Part shown: in pieces, positions 1-9,330 of the stretch
Position numbering within the stretch: the stretch's first letter is position 1
Layout of the letters: every line of letters starts with the position of its first letter
DNA from: Oligoflexia bacterium
Lineage (GTDB): Bacteria; Bdellovibrionota_B; Oligoflexia; Oligoflexales; JAGOVF01
Length of the DNA: 64,000 nucleotides
NCBI GenBank assembly: GCA_030432875.1
Contig: JAUILP010000007.1
Coordinates: 3,710-67,709 of the forward strand
Direction: 5' to 3'
The notes under the pieces: generated by a model
What the model was told of the DNA's origin: nothing
What the model saw: only the letters and a program-made list of their open reading frames with translations
Database searches by the model: none
Made by a program: the position numbers and the translations under genes

Positions 1-461
1 CTTGTCCCAATGCTCTGGGGTGTTTTCGGGAAGGGACCAACATAATGATGGCTGATGGCACGTTAAACAAAATTGAACTCGTCCAACCAGGCGATATGGT
101 GTGGAATCCTGTAACACAAAGAGCAACGCAGGTTTTTTACAAAACAGTCGGTCCTGAATATGAACCACTTATAGAAGTGAAAACGGACTCCCAAACCCTT
201 TATGTCACGCAAAAGCATCCTATGCTTATTGGGGACTCCCAAATCATTCAAGCTAAGCATTTGCTACCCCTAATGGATGTTTTTGTTGAAAAACATAAAA
301 AAGAAAAGATTTTAAGCGTGCGCCAGGTTTCATCTTTGGATTTGCCGGTGGTTTACAATATCAAACTGCTGGGCGATTCCGATGCGGATCATTTTGTTCT
401 CTCTGAAGGGATTATTACTGGAGACCTCTATTTGCAAGAAAAACTGGATAAGCTGCCATGA
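1..461 (+). CDS. 5'-truncated protein ending in a Hint (hedgehog/intein-like) domain
   Basis: Frame is open from nt 3: CPNALG|CFREGTNIMMADGT (block A), YVTQKHP (block B TxxH), VVYNIKL...GIITGD (block F/G, lacking terminal His-Asn). Stop overlaps the next ATG (ATGA). Confidence 0.85.
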   Translation, partial: CPNALGCFREGTNIMMADGTLNKIELVQPGDMVWNPVTQRATQVFYKTVGPEYEPLIEVKTDSQTLYVTQKHPMLIGDSQIIQAKHLLPLMDVFVEKHKKEKILSVRQVSSLDLPVVYNIKLLGDSDADHFVLSEGIITGDLYLQEKLDKLP

Positions 462-1219
462 AATACTTTAACCTTCTTTTGAAGATGCTGTGTAAAAAAG
501 ATGCTTCTCAACGAGGATTTACTCTTGTTGAGATGATGGTAACGGTTGCGATTGGCGGCGTTGTCGTTTTAGTTTCCCAAAGTATGCTTCTGAACGTAAT
601 CAAAGCCAATGAGGTCGCTGAATCTGAATATAACCGTTTTCTTATAGCGGGTGAGCTTCGCAGTTATTTGCTGGATATCAGGAAGCTCAATATCCAGGGA
701 TTTGACGCCTGTATCAACAAAAATGCAGATGGTACCCCGGATTGTAGTCGCGGGGTTAATTACCCTTTAACGGTTTCAACAAAAACCGGGAAAGTACTGA
801 CGGGTAAAAAATTTACCAAAAAATTCCAGCCAACAACAGAGGACGCAGAGGCGTATTATTATGTGACGACAGAGGGCTCGGCGCACTGTCTTAGTGGATA
901 CTCATGTGATCAAGCAGCCTACATAAGCGTCAATTTGAAATTTTATTTTAAAAATACAAACAAAATATACGCACAAATATCGGGGGGGATGTCGTTAGAT
1001 AACGATTATGGACTTCGTAAAAAGGGCTGCGTCGACACTAACGGAAATCCTATCGTCGATACCGATTTATCTCAGTTTCCTTATTTGCCAACGCGCATGA
1101 TCAACGGTCAACTAATTTGCGATCTAAAACGCGTCACTATTGATGGCGTCGATGGTCAGGATGGTAAGCCTTTATATCACGATACGAGCGGGGAGGTTAT
1201 GAATGATCCTTGGTGGTAA
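458..1219 (+). CDS. Type IV prepilin-like protein
   Basis: Class III signal QRG|FTLVEMMVTVAI, hydrophobic helix, Cys-rich globular domain. Confidence 0.88.
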   Translation: MKYFNLLLKMLCKKDASQRGFTLVEMMVTVAIGGVVVLVSQSMLLNVIKANEVAESEYNRFLIAGELRSYLLDIRKLNIQGFDACINKNADGTPDCSRGVNYPLTVSTKTGKVLTGKKFTKKFQPTTEDAEAYYYVTTEGSAHCLSGYSCDQAAYISVNLKFYFKNTNKIYAQISGGMSLDNDYGLRKKGCVDTNGNPIVDTDLSQFPYLPTRMINGQLICDLKRVTIDGVDGQDGKPLYHDTSGEVMNDPWW

Positions 1220-1946
1220 AAATAAATACCATGGCTATTCCTTGGTTGAACTCATGGTGAGCGTGGCGATTATAGCAACAGTAGGTGTTGGTGCCATGCA
1301 GTTTCTTGGTATCAATGCAAAAACAAGTAAACAGGCCAAAATTAGAAGTGCCGCTACTTTTAATGTTGGGTATTTAAGCTCGTTACTGCGCAACCGTTTT
1401 GCACTAGCCCTATCTGCATCAGGGACAAGCGCGAGTGACTGTTTGACCTTGACGCCAACAGGAGTATGTCGTGCCTCCAGTCAATTCAGTATTCCGATAA
1501 AGGACCCTGGCGACTCTAACAAAATTGTCATTGGAACAGCAAATAACCCCGTCAAATATAATATAAATGGGTTTCTATGTGATGAAAATGTAGAAGAATG
1601 TTTTATCGGCGCTTACGCTAACTTAATTGCTCTTTGTATTGATGGCACATCCTGTCCAGGAGCAGATGCCGTGGCGGGAGAATTGCATATTGTGCCATTG
1701 TATCCAAATGATGATTTAATAAATTTTAAGCCTCACGTTTATGAAACCTATCTAAACCTGCGTACCCGATGTTGGGAGCAAAATGTGACACAAACGTGCC
1801 CCGATACTAGTAATCAGGTGATTACGGGATTTTCCTGGGACTGTAAACCAATTTGCAAAAATGTACCGTCCACGACTGGCTCTTCAGGTTTAGATGGGGC
1901 TGGAGCACCCCTTACTCAAGTGCATGACGTCGGATGCCCCCCCTGA
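1203..1946 (+). CDS. Type IV prepilin-like protein, paralogue of the upstream pilin
   Basis: HG|YSLVELMVSVAII signal; GGGAGG RBS; overlaps the upstream gene; similar Cys pattern. Confidence 0.88.
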   Translation: MILGGKNKYHGYSLVELMVSVAIIATVGVGAMQFLGINAKTSKQAKIRSAATFNVGYLSSLLRNRFALALSASGTSASDCLTLTPTGVCRASSQFSIPIKDPGDSNKIVIGTANNPVKYNINGFLCDENVEECFIGAYANLIALCIDGTSCPGADAVAGELHIVPLYPNDDLINFKPHVYETYLNLRTRCWEQNVTQTCPDTSNQVITGFSWDCKPICKNVPSTTGSSGLDGAGAPLTQVHDVGCPP

Positions 1947-2110
1947 TCAAAGATATTCAATTTTTATTTTATCGCATTTAATGTTCTTTTACTCGTCCTC
2001 ATTAACAGGGATCCTATAGAAGGCTCTGTCTCTTAACAAAATAATTTAGAAGATGCTGATTGACTTAATAGTCGATTCTATTCCATATCCAGATTTTTTT
2101 AATAAAGTTC

Positions 2111-2929
2111 TTAAAAATTAAAAAACAGGCTGCACTTTTTGCGGTCAATTTGGGGAATTGAAATACTTAGAAAATTGGAATTTTCTTGTTTAGCGAAGGG
2201 ATAGGATAATACTTTGTTGTTATTGCTTTCTAGATTTTTAACAAATAGATCCGAGCTACTGTATGGGCCAAAGGCAGTGAGATTAAAAAGTCCTTTTTTT
2301 AAGTTAGTGAGATCCCGTTTTTGCTCTTTGGGATAAAAAAATAAATTATCAATCAACAAGCCAAAATCATAAACAAAGACGTGGTCTTCCTTTATATCTT
2401 TACTAACCTCAGGAATATTGTGGGCATTAATCCGCCCTTTGTAAACTTCTTCGATAATTTTTGCCGAATCTTTGATAGGCTTGTGAGCGCAGCTGCGTGT
2501 GTTTTTACTATCATTACAGACAAAAAAAGCCCACACCCCCAATTCATTAGAGGTTGGTAGGGAAAAATTAAAATTCATCGGATTGTCTATATCTTTTAGG
2601 GTAATATTAAACGTATTTCGCGAACGCCCTCTTTTATCAAGGCGCTCAAAGGTCGCGATCATTTTGTTTTTGGGTCTGTAAACTAAAGAATAGTATAAAC
2701 CATCCCAATCTGAAACAATGCAGCCAACTTTTCTGGGTGTTGGTTTTAACTGTATCTTTACATTAATAGAGTTCCAGCTCTTGCTGGTAAAGGAGTGCTC
2801 TGAAAGTTCTGGTATTTCCCGCAGTGAAGATAATATTTTTTCTTTTTTATATTTTTTGATGCCAAAAAAAACAGCAGCAAAGACAGCAAATACCGCGACA
2901 ATAATTTTTAAGACTGAGTTTTTCGCCAT
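2111..2929 (-). CDS. Hypothetical membrane-anchored protein
   Basis: 272-aa ORF with N-terminal TM helix followed by a Lys cluster; no family recognised. Confidence 0.7.
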   Translation of the reverse strand: MAKNSVLKIIVAVFAVFAAVFFGIKKYKKEKILSSLREIPELSEHSFTSKSWNSINVKIQLKPTPRKVGCIVSDWDGLYYSLVYRPKNKMIATFERLDKRGRSRNTFNITLKDIDNPMNFNFSLPTSNELGVWAFFVCNDSKNTRSCAHKPIKDSAKIIEEVYKGRINAHNIPEVSKDIKEDHVFVYDFGLLIDNLFFYPKEQKRDLTNLKKGLFNLTAFGPYSSSDLFVKNLESNNNKVLSYPFAKQENSNFLSISIPQIDRKKCSLFFNF

Positions 2930-3207
2930 TTTTGTGTCTCCTGATGCCTCTAAGGCATGTCTTAATTGACAATATACAATTTTATAGAGTTATTTACGGC
3001 AGTCATGTAACCCTAAATAAAAAAGTGATGATTTAGTAAAAATCATATTTTGACATCTGGGTGGACATCTGTCCACCGGATATGGACTTTTTTAAAACCG
3101 CATGAACTGCGTATGTCCAAAAAAATCAAACGAGCACAAAAAATATCTGATACGTTTTGTCTTGGCTTTTCATAGAGGCTCATTAGGTAAGGTTCATATT
3201 GATCTCA

Positions 3208-4833
3208 TTATCCCACTTTGCGGAATACTTTTCGCGTGTTTTGCAAAACATTTCTTAAGCTGGTTCCATAACTGAGCAATGCAAATATGATAAAAATAAA
3301 AGCTAAAAGAAGTCCTTCAATTAATATGGTTAAAAAAGATTGCAGAAGACTGCTGCTAAATGTCAATTTTGCCACTAGCTCAGAAATCTGCATAAAATAG
3401 TGTGCCAAGAGATATAATATTCCAGCTACCGCCAGCATACTGGCATGGCGAAGGAGTCTTTTATCATGCCAAAGAACGCCTTCTTTCCGGGTGCGCCAGA
3501 AAAGCTGGGCGCTATTTACGGCTAAAAGGACCGACATGGTATAGGCAATTCCCACCATACCTAAATATTTGACAAAAAATATATTGGCGATGAGATTTAT
3601 GCCTATGCCGATCAAACTCACCCGCATCGCATAGGAAGTTTTATTGATAGCATAATAAAAGGGGGTCAGTGCTTTAATGAGGCCGTAGCCTATAGCGGAA
3701 AATGCGTAAGCCTTCAATGCTCCGGCGGTTTGTTGTATGTCGTAGGCACCAAAAGCTCCTTTGCCATAAACTAGTCTTACAAGAGAAGGGGCATTTAAAA
3801 ATAAAAATATAAAAACAGGAACCATAAGCCATAAAATCAGTTCTACCGCTCCTTGCAATTGGTGGCTTACTTCTGCATTGGCTTTGCCACCTGACTTTGC
3901 CGCGACCTTGGCTAAACTAGGTAGAACGGATACCCCGATCGCAACCCCAAATATCCCGACAGGCAAATGAAGCAAGCGAAAAGCATAGCTGAGCCAGGTA
4001 ACGCTGCCATTTTCGAGAGTCAGAGCAAAGTTAGTATTCACTAATACGTTGATTTGTGCGGAACTTGCTGCAATGACCATCGGGATCATCAAGGCGAAAA
4101 TTTGGCGAACTTCACCGTTCCAAAACTCCAGGGAGAAGCCTTTTTTAAACACAGTTCTAATATATGCTCTAAGTCCCCAAAGCTGCCAGAGAAGTTGTAA
4201 GACTGCTCCCGCAATTACGCCGATAGTAAGGCCAAAAAGTCCGGTGGGCGTAACATAAAAAAAATCGCCACTATTTCCTGGTGCGGCTAAATCTTTTAAA
4301 TACCAAGCTCCTCCTATAAAGCCTAAGTTGAGTGCCATGGGAGAAATGGCACTCAAAAACATTTTGCTATGCTTATGCAGGGCTCCAGAAACGACTGCGC
4401 TGATCATGGTGAGACCAAGGTAAGGAAAGAGGAGTTTTGTAAGGCTTAAGCAGTCTGCGAGGAACTGATCTGATCTTCCCTCGCCGATGCCCATAAGCGT
4501 ATTGAGACCTAACCAAAAAGGTGCGGTTAAAATACCCATGCCTGCAACTACTGTAGCAAATAAGCTGCTGAGAATGATGCTTTGCACCATAAGCCGGTCG
4601 GCTTTTTCTGGGGACTCTGCACTGGTTGCGGCATAAACTTTGGTAAACGACGATCCAAGTGCGCCTTCCGCAAGCATATCGCGAAAAAGATTGGGGATAC
4701 GGTAAGCAACCATAAAAATATCGAGAACAGAGCTGCCAAAAATTGCGCCAAGCTCGCGGTCCCGAATAAGTCCCGTGATACGGCTGAGAAAAGTGCCTAG
4801 AGCAAAAAAAGCAGTAGATTTTCCAACGGACAT
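3208..4833 (-). CDS. murJ: Lipid II flippase MurJ (MviN)
   Basis: SRITGLIRD, AYRIPNLFRDMLAEGAL, LPVGIFGVAI motifs; polytopic membrane protein. Confidence 0.95.
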   Translation of the reverse strand: MSVGKSTAFFALGTFLSRITGLIRDRELGAIFGSSVLDIFMVAYRIPNLFRDMLAEGALGSSFTKVYAATSAESPEKADRLMVQSIILSSLFATVVAGMGILTAPFWLGLNTLMGIGEGRSDQFLADCLSLTKLLFPYLGLTMISAVVSGALHKHSKMFLSAISPMALNLGFIGGAWYLKDLAAPGNSGDFFYVTPTGLFGLTIGVIAGAVLQLLWQLWGLRAYIRTVFKKGFSLEFWNGEVRQIFALMIPMVIAASSAQINVLVNTNFALTLENGSVTWLSYAFRLLHLPVGIFGVAIGVSVLPSLAKVAAKSGGKANAEVSHQLQGAVELILWLMVPVFIFLFLNAPSLVRLVYGKGAFGAYDIQQTAGALKAYAFSAIGYGLIKALTPFYYAINKTSYAMRVSLIGIGINLIANIFFVKYLGMVGIAYTMSVLLAVNSAQLFWRTRKEGVLWHDKRLLRHASMLAVAGILYLLAHYFMQISELVAKLTFSSSLLQSFLTILIEGLLLAFIFIIFALLSYGTSLRNVLQNTRKVFRKVG

Positions 4834-4860
4834 ATGGGCGCAGACCTAAGCATAAATAAG

Positions 4861-4903
4861 AAATTCACCCAACTTGGGTCGAGATGAGCCAAGGGTGAAA
4901 TTT
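4861..4903 (-). terminator. Stem-loop between the barrel gene and murJ
   Basis: AAATTCACCC...GGGTGAAATTT arms with an internal CTTGG/CCAAG pair. Confidence 0.35.
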
Positions 4904-4945
4904 ATTTTACGCTTTTGTGCTTTGTCATTCAATCATCTAAAATTC

Positions 4946-6010
4946 TTAAAAGAATTTACTAACGCCGCATTGTACCGATAGGGTGGCCAAATTTAAATGT
5001 TCATTATCGCTATAACTTGCAACAGTCAAACCAAAGCGCTTGTATGTTGCCACATTAGCGATATCCACTTTGGTGACTTGCTGAAATAGACTCAAATCGA
5101 TACTGGCATCTGATGTTATCTGATACTCTGCCCCAGCTTTTAACGCATACTGCTGAACTTTTGTGCCGCTTAGCGTCGTGGCGGTGCCAATATTTCCAGG
5201 ATAGTATTTAAACTGAGACCAAAGAGCATAACTTCCTAAAAAGGTGAAGCGCAGCGGTATGCGTTTATTTTCCACAGAAGCTCTTAATACCGGGGAAATA
5301 GCATCATTAAAATGGCCTGTGGATACGTTCATATAACGTGATCTTCCCAGGTTTAGTCCTAGGCCAAGACTTGGAATCACGGAGGCAAAGGAGTGCTGCC
5401 ATTCGCGGTCAATATTGAAGTTTAAGTCCGTACTGCTGTAGGAAGAATGAGCTGTATCTGGGTTGCCGCGATAATTTGTGAGGTAAAGATAATCAAAGCC
5501 GCTAGAAAATTTGTAGTCTTGATTGAGCTTGTAGTGGTAAATCGCCGTTACATCGAGCGGGATAGAGCTATGCTGGCTGCTGACTGATCCCACCACGGAA
5601 CCATCAGCCCGTCCATTTTCTTCCAAATAGAGATTTTGGGGTGTTTGCACATCAGGAAAGGTCGCGAGCCCGGAGGCAAAGCGAAACTGCCAGTAGATTT
5701 TTTTTTGTTTGGGTCTAAAAATATTTGCGCTATTCACTGAGGCCGTTAGCGGGGGGAGGTTGTCCCGCACACCTGCGGTTGATGGTGCTTTATGGCGTTT
5801 TTCAGTTTGGAGGTTAGAAGTGTTTTCAACCTCAGTTCGATTGTTTTCTACAGGAGTGTTTTGTGAGAGCAAGACGGATTTGGCCGAAGACCTCGTTTTC
5901 CTCGGTTTTTGTTTTTTGGTGGCAGTTTGTCCCGCCAACAGATCCAGCGAGTATAGGCCACAAAGACTTAGAAGCAGCAGAGGAAAAACATTTTTACATT
6001 TTTTATTCAT
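4946..6010 (-). CDS. Putative outer-membrane beta-barrel protein
   Basis: Signal peptide, low-complexity linker, alternating beta-strands, C-terminal Phe (GVSKFF). Start could also be 6037. Confidence 0.65.
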   Translation of the reverse strand: MNKKCKNVFPLLLLSLCGLYSLDLLAGQTATKKQKPRKTRSSAKSVLLSQNTPVENNRTEVENTSNLQTEKRHKAPSTAGVRDNLPPLTASVNSANIFRPKQKKIYWQFRFASGLATFPDVQTPQNLYLEENGRADGSVVGSVSSQHSSIPLDVTAIYHYKLNQDYKFSSGFDYLYLTNYRGNPDTAHSSYSSTDLNFNIDREWQHSFASVIPSLGLGLNLGRSRYMNVSTGHFNDAISPVLRASVENKRIPLRFTFLGSYALWSQFKYYPGNIGTATTLSGTKVQQYALKAGAEYQITSDASIDLSLFQQVTKVDIANVATYKRFGLTVASYSDNEHLNLATLSVQCGVSKFF

Positions 6011-6091
6011 AAAAACTTCTTTTTTTAAAATTTCCATTAAAATAATAAAAAAACATTAAAAAATCAAGTTTATTTTAATAAAATATATAAA

Positions 6092-6859
6092 CTACTTAAA
6101 TTCTTCTGCTTTCTTTTTAAACTCAACACTCAGTGCTTGCAGTTTTTCTGGGGTTAGGTCACGGTAATAAAAATTCTTGTCACTTTCGGGGTCTTTGCTT
6201 TTTCCCTTAGCCAGCATTTCAAAGGCTTTAGCGGTCATCAACGCAGCTTCATAGTTAAGTGCCTTAAATTCTGGGAATTTTTTCATTAGTTTTACATAGC
6301 GATAGGCGCACGCATGGTAAATTTCCATTTTACAATAAAATTTGGCAATAAACTGGTAGGTCTTCGAAAGGCGATCCTTTCCTTCGATTATTTTTTTCTG
6401 TGCATCTGGAGCTAAAGGACTGTCTTTTTTTTGCTGAAGCATATCTTCCCATGCTTTAATAGCACTATAGGTAAAATCTTGGTCGCGATCTGGGGTGTCT
6501 GGGGCTTCCTGCCAATATGACAAACCAACCCGGTACATGGCATAATCAAGTTTAGGGTGAAGTGGGTGCAACTTGACGAACTGCTCATAAGAAGTTGCGG
6601 CCTCAATAAACTGACTCAGTTCAAATTCGCTATCAGCTATGAGCAGGTCTGCTTCAGCGGCGTATTGGCTGTAGGGAAACCGGGCTTTAAATTCTCTAAA
6701 TTTTTGTATGGCAAGATCATAAGATTCGTCGTCAAAATACTCCTTTGCGTTGACATAAGCGGCTTTTGGATCGGTGGGATCAACATCATCTTTAGTGCAC
6801 GAAAGGAAGGAAATAACCAGCAGCGGTAAAAAAAACATTATTTTAGCATTTGTTTTCAT
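6092..6859 (-). CDS. bamD: Outer membrane protein assembly factor BamD
   Basis: Lipobox FLSC; TPR motifs FPYSQYA, YEQFVKLHP, DRDQ. ORF track start is 6889. Confidence 0.92.
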   Translation of the reverse strand: MKTNAKIMFFLPLLVISFLSCTKDDVDPTDPKAAYVNAKEYFDDESYDLAIQKFREFKARFPYSQYAAEADLLIADSEFELSQFIEAATSYEQFVKLHPLHPKLDYAMYRVGLSYWQEAPDTPDRDQDFTYSAIKAWEDMLQQKKDSPLAPDAQKKIIEGKDRLSKTYQFIAKFYCKMEIYHACAYRYVKLMKKFPEFKALNYEAALMTAKAFEMLAKGKSKDPESDKNFYYRDLTPEKLQALSVEFKKKAEEFK

Positions 6860-6888
6860 AGTGTTATCTATAATTTGTGTAAGGTGCA

Positions 6889-6915
6889 TAAATTTTTCTT
6901 TCAGTGTTCCGATAT
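6889..6915 (+). promoter_or_regulatory. Sigma28 (FliA)-like promoter for the TonB-family gene
   Basis: TAAA-N15-TCCGATAT versus consensus TAAA-N15-GCCGATAA. Confidence 0.55.
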
Positions 6916-7048
6916 ATTATTAGTTGGCAAGCTACGGCAAAATGAGATATGGCTCAATAAAAAATATTCCTGAAATCGATTATCAGATAATTTAGGTGTT
7001 ATTTAACAATAAAACAGCAACTTTTTTTATTTAATATAAAGATGAAGA

Positions 7049-8065
7049 ATGCCCAAGCACCTTCAAAAGCTTAAACGCAGCAATCCCCTATATGAAAGTA
7101 GCATATATGTTGGGATTATTGCCTTTATCATTTCTTTACTCTTTCATTTTGTTTCCTTAGAGAGGGTATCCTCACTCCCAAGTCCAGGGATTAAGGCAAA
7201 TCGTAAAAACCTGGTCAAAAATCAGGTAAAAATACGCCTTGCAGACAAAAGAACACACAAGCGTTTAGAAAAAACCGAGGATCAGCAAGACTCTGATGAA
7301 GATAAACAGATTGTTGAAACACCGCAGGCAAAAACTGAAAAACCCAAAGACGCAAAAGCTCTGGGAGTAGAAGATCATATTGCTAAGGAAGAAACACGCA
7401 TAGATCCCAAATTTAACCAAAAAAAAGGTTTAGATGCGGGTGAAGGGGGAGCGGATAAGGTTAGTAAAAAAAGTGACCAGGTCCCTCAAATAACAGTGCC
7501 TAAAAAGACAGAAATTGCGCAAAAAAATGATGCGAATCCCGGCAAAAAGACGGCACAAAAGCCCCGAATCAGTATTACCGATACGGGTAACCTGTCATTT
7601 TCAGAAAAGCCAAGCGCCCAGAACCGCAAATCACGCAATGATTATGAAAAACTGCTCAATACAGCTTACAATCAACTTGAAGATCAGGTCAGTGCGGGCT
7701 ATCAAGAATATTTGGATGAGAGTTACAAAGTCGGGAATCATATAGATATAAATACTACGAGTTACCGCTACATCGGTTACTTTTCAAGCCTACGAAAAGC
7801 CATAGAGCTTGTGTGGAATTATCCTTCTGAAGCATCTATGCGCGGCATGCAAGGTAAGGTTACCCTAGAGTTTCGTATTAATCTGGATGGCAGTGCGACA
7901 AAAATTAGGGTTTTAAAATCTTCTGGCTATTCTATTCTTGATACCGCTATTGTCGATGCCATAAGAGTCGCTTCTCCTTTTTCGCCCCTACCAAGTGGGA
8001 TCGCCACTCAGCCACTTTATGTAAAAGGCAGTTTTATCTACCAGCTTCAGGCCATGGCACATTGA
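7049..8065 (+). CDS. TonB-family energy transducer
   Basis: TM with SLLFH (SxxxH motif), charged linker, C-terminal WNYPSEA...GKVTLEF...SSGYSILD. Confidence 0.9.
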   Translation: MPKHLQKLKRSNPLYESSIYVGIIAFIISLLFHFVSLERVSSLPSPGIKANRKNLVKNQVKIRLADKRTHKRLEKTEDQQDSDEDKQIVETPQAKTEKPKDAKALGVEDHIAKEETRIDPKFNQKKGLDAGEGGADKVSKKSDQVPQITVPKKTEIAQKNDANPGKKTAQKPRISITDTGNLSFSEKPSAQNRKSRNDYEKLLNTAYNQLEDQVSAGYQEYLDESYKVGNHIDINTTSYRYIGYFSSLRKAIELVWNYPSEASMRGMQGKVTLEFRINLDGSATKIRVLKSSGYSILDTAIVDAIRVASPFSPLPSGIATQPLYVKGSFIYQLQAMAH

Positions 8066-8230
8066 TCTTACCTCAAATCTACATTATTTTTATAGCCTGC
8101 AGCCTCTTAAATAAGCTCTTGCAACCATTTGATTTTAATCTGATTTTATAATTACCCATTGCTCATGGACCTTTGAAAAATTAGACTAAACTCTTTTGCC
8201 TTTATTCCCAATCTTTAAGGAACATGCGAT

Positions 8231-9295
8231 TTGTCTAATAAAACCCGCCGAATAAATGCCTTTGTTTCTCTGTCTTTTTTAACCCTTGGGTGTCTTCCAA
8301 TTCGATCATCCCAAAACATGAGCGAAATAATCGGCTCATCTCATTATTCTATGTCAGAGGATTTTGACCTTTTTATGCTAGAAAAGACTCAGGAGGCGCC
8401 TCTTGGAAACCAGTCAACAGCATTAGTGACTGAAGCAAGGATGTCCTCGGAAAATAGCGACCAGTCGCTTGTGCGCCAGATTGATTTGGTGCTAGACAAC
8501 GAATCTGCAGTCCCGCTTCCCATAAATGAAGCCGTACAAAAATGGATTGATTTTTTTCAGTTTAAGCATGGTAGCAACTTTCAAGCGTGGCTTGATCGCG
8601 GCAATGCTTACCGCCCGATGATTCTAAGAACCCTGCAAAAATATGACCTACCAGAAGAACTCATTCATTTAGCGATGATTGAGTCTGGTTTTAGTTATAA
8701 TGCCCGAAGCTATCGCCGTGCGACGGGGATGTGGCAACTAATGAGGGGAACGGCGCGGCGCTATGGACTTGTGGTTAACAAATGGTTAGATGAAAGACGT
8801 GACCCCCAGCTTGCGACGGAGGCTGCTTGCAAGTTACTAAGTAACCTATACCAGGAGTTTGGCGACTGGCACCTGAGTTTAGCAGCATACAATGCTGGCG
8901 ATGGTAAAGTTCGTAATGCCATAAGAAAGACTGGTACCAGGGATTACTGGGAAATCATCAACACTAAAGCTCTGCGCAGAGAAACCCGGGAATTCGTGCC
9001 GAAATTTATTGCAGCGACTCTTATTAGTCAAAACCCAGAACAATATGGTTTTAGGTCTGATCAACTGGGAGCCACACCATTACCAGATCATAAACTATTC
9101 ATTGACCGTAAAGTCACGCTTCCCTCCCTGGCAAAATCCCTAAAGATCAGCGTAGCTACCTTAAAAATTTGGAATCCCGCTATTAGAAAAAGCACTCTCT
9201 ATGGGACGAAAAAGAAACCCATTGCTTTGCGCGTAGAAAGTCATATCGTAGCTGAATGTGACGCAGCATTTTGCCGCAACGAAAATATTATGTGA
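8231..9295 (+). CDS. Membrane-bound lytic transglycosylase (MltD-like SLT domain lipoprotein)
   Basis: Lipobox TLGC; catalytic IESG, ATGMWQLM, AAYNAG, ETREFVPK. Confidence 0.92.
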   Translation: MSNKTRRINAFVSLSFLTLGCLPIRSSQNMSEIIGSSHYSMSEDFDLFMLEKTQEAPLGNQSTALVTEARMSSENSDQSLVRQIDLVLDNESAVPLPINEAVQKWIDFFQFKHGSNFQAWLDRGNAYRPMILRTLQKYDLPEELIHLAMIESGFSYNARSYRRATGMWQLMRGTARRYGLVVNKWLDERRDPQLATEAACKLLSNLYQEFGDWHLSLAAYNAGDGKVRNAIRKTGTRDYWEIINTKALRRETREFVPKFIAATLISQNPEQYGFRSDQLGATPLPDHKLFIDRKVTLPSLAKSLKISVATLKIWNPAIRKSTLYGTKKKPIALRVESHIVAECDAAFCRNENIM

Positions 9296-9330
9296 TAGAA
9301 TCGACTTCTTCATGTAAAAAAGGCTCTCAA

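Noticed and set aside
1-461. Canonical splicing intein
   Set aside because: No terminal His-Asn plus Cys/Ser/Thr, no C-extein and no endonuclease; treated as a cleavage-type Hint domain.
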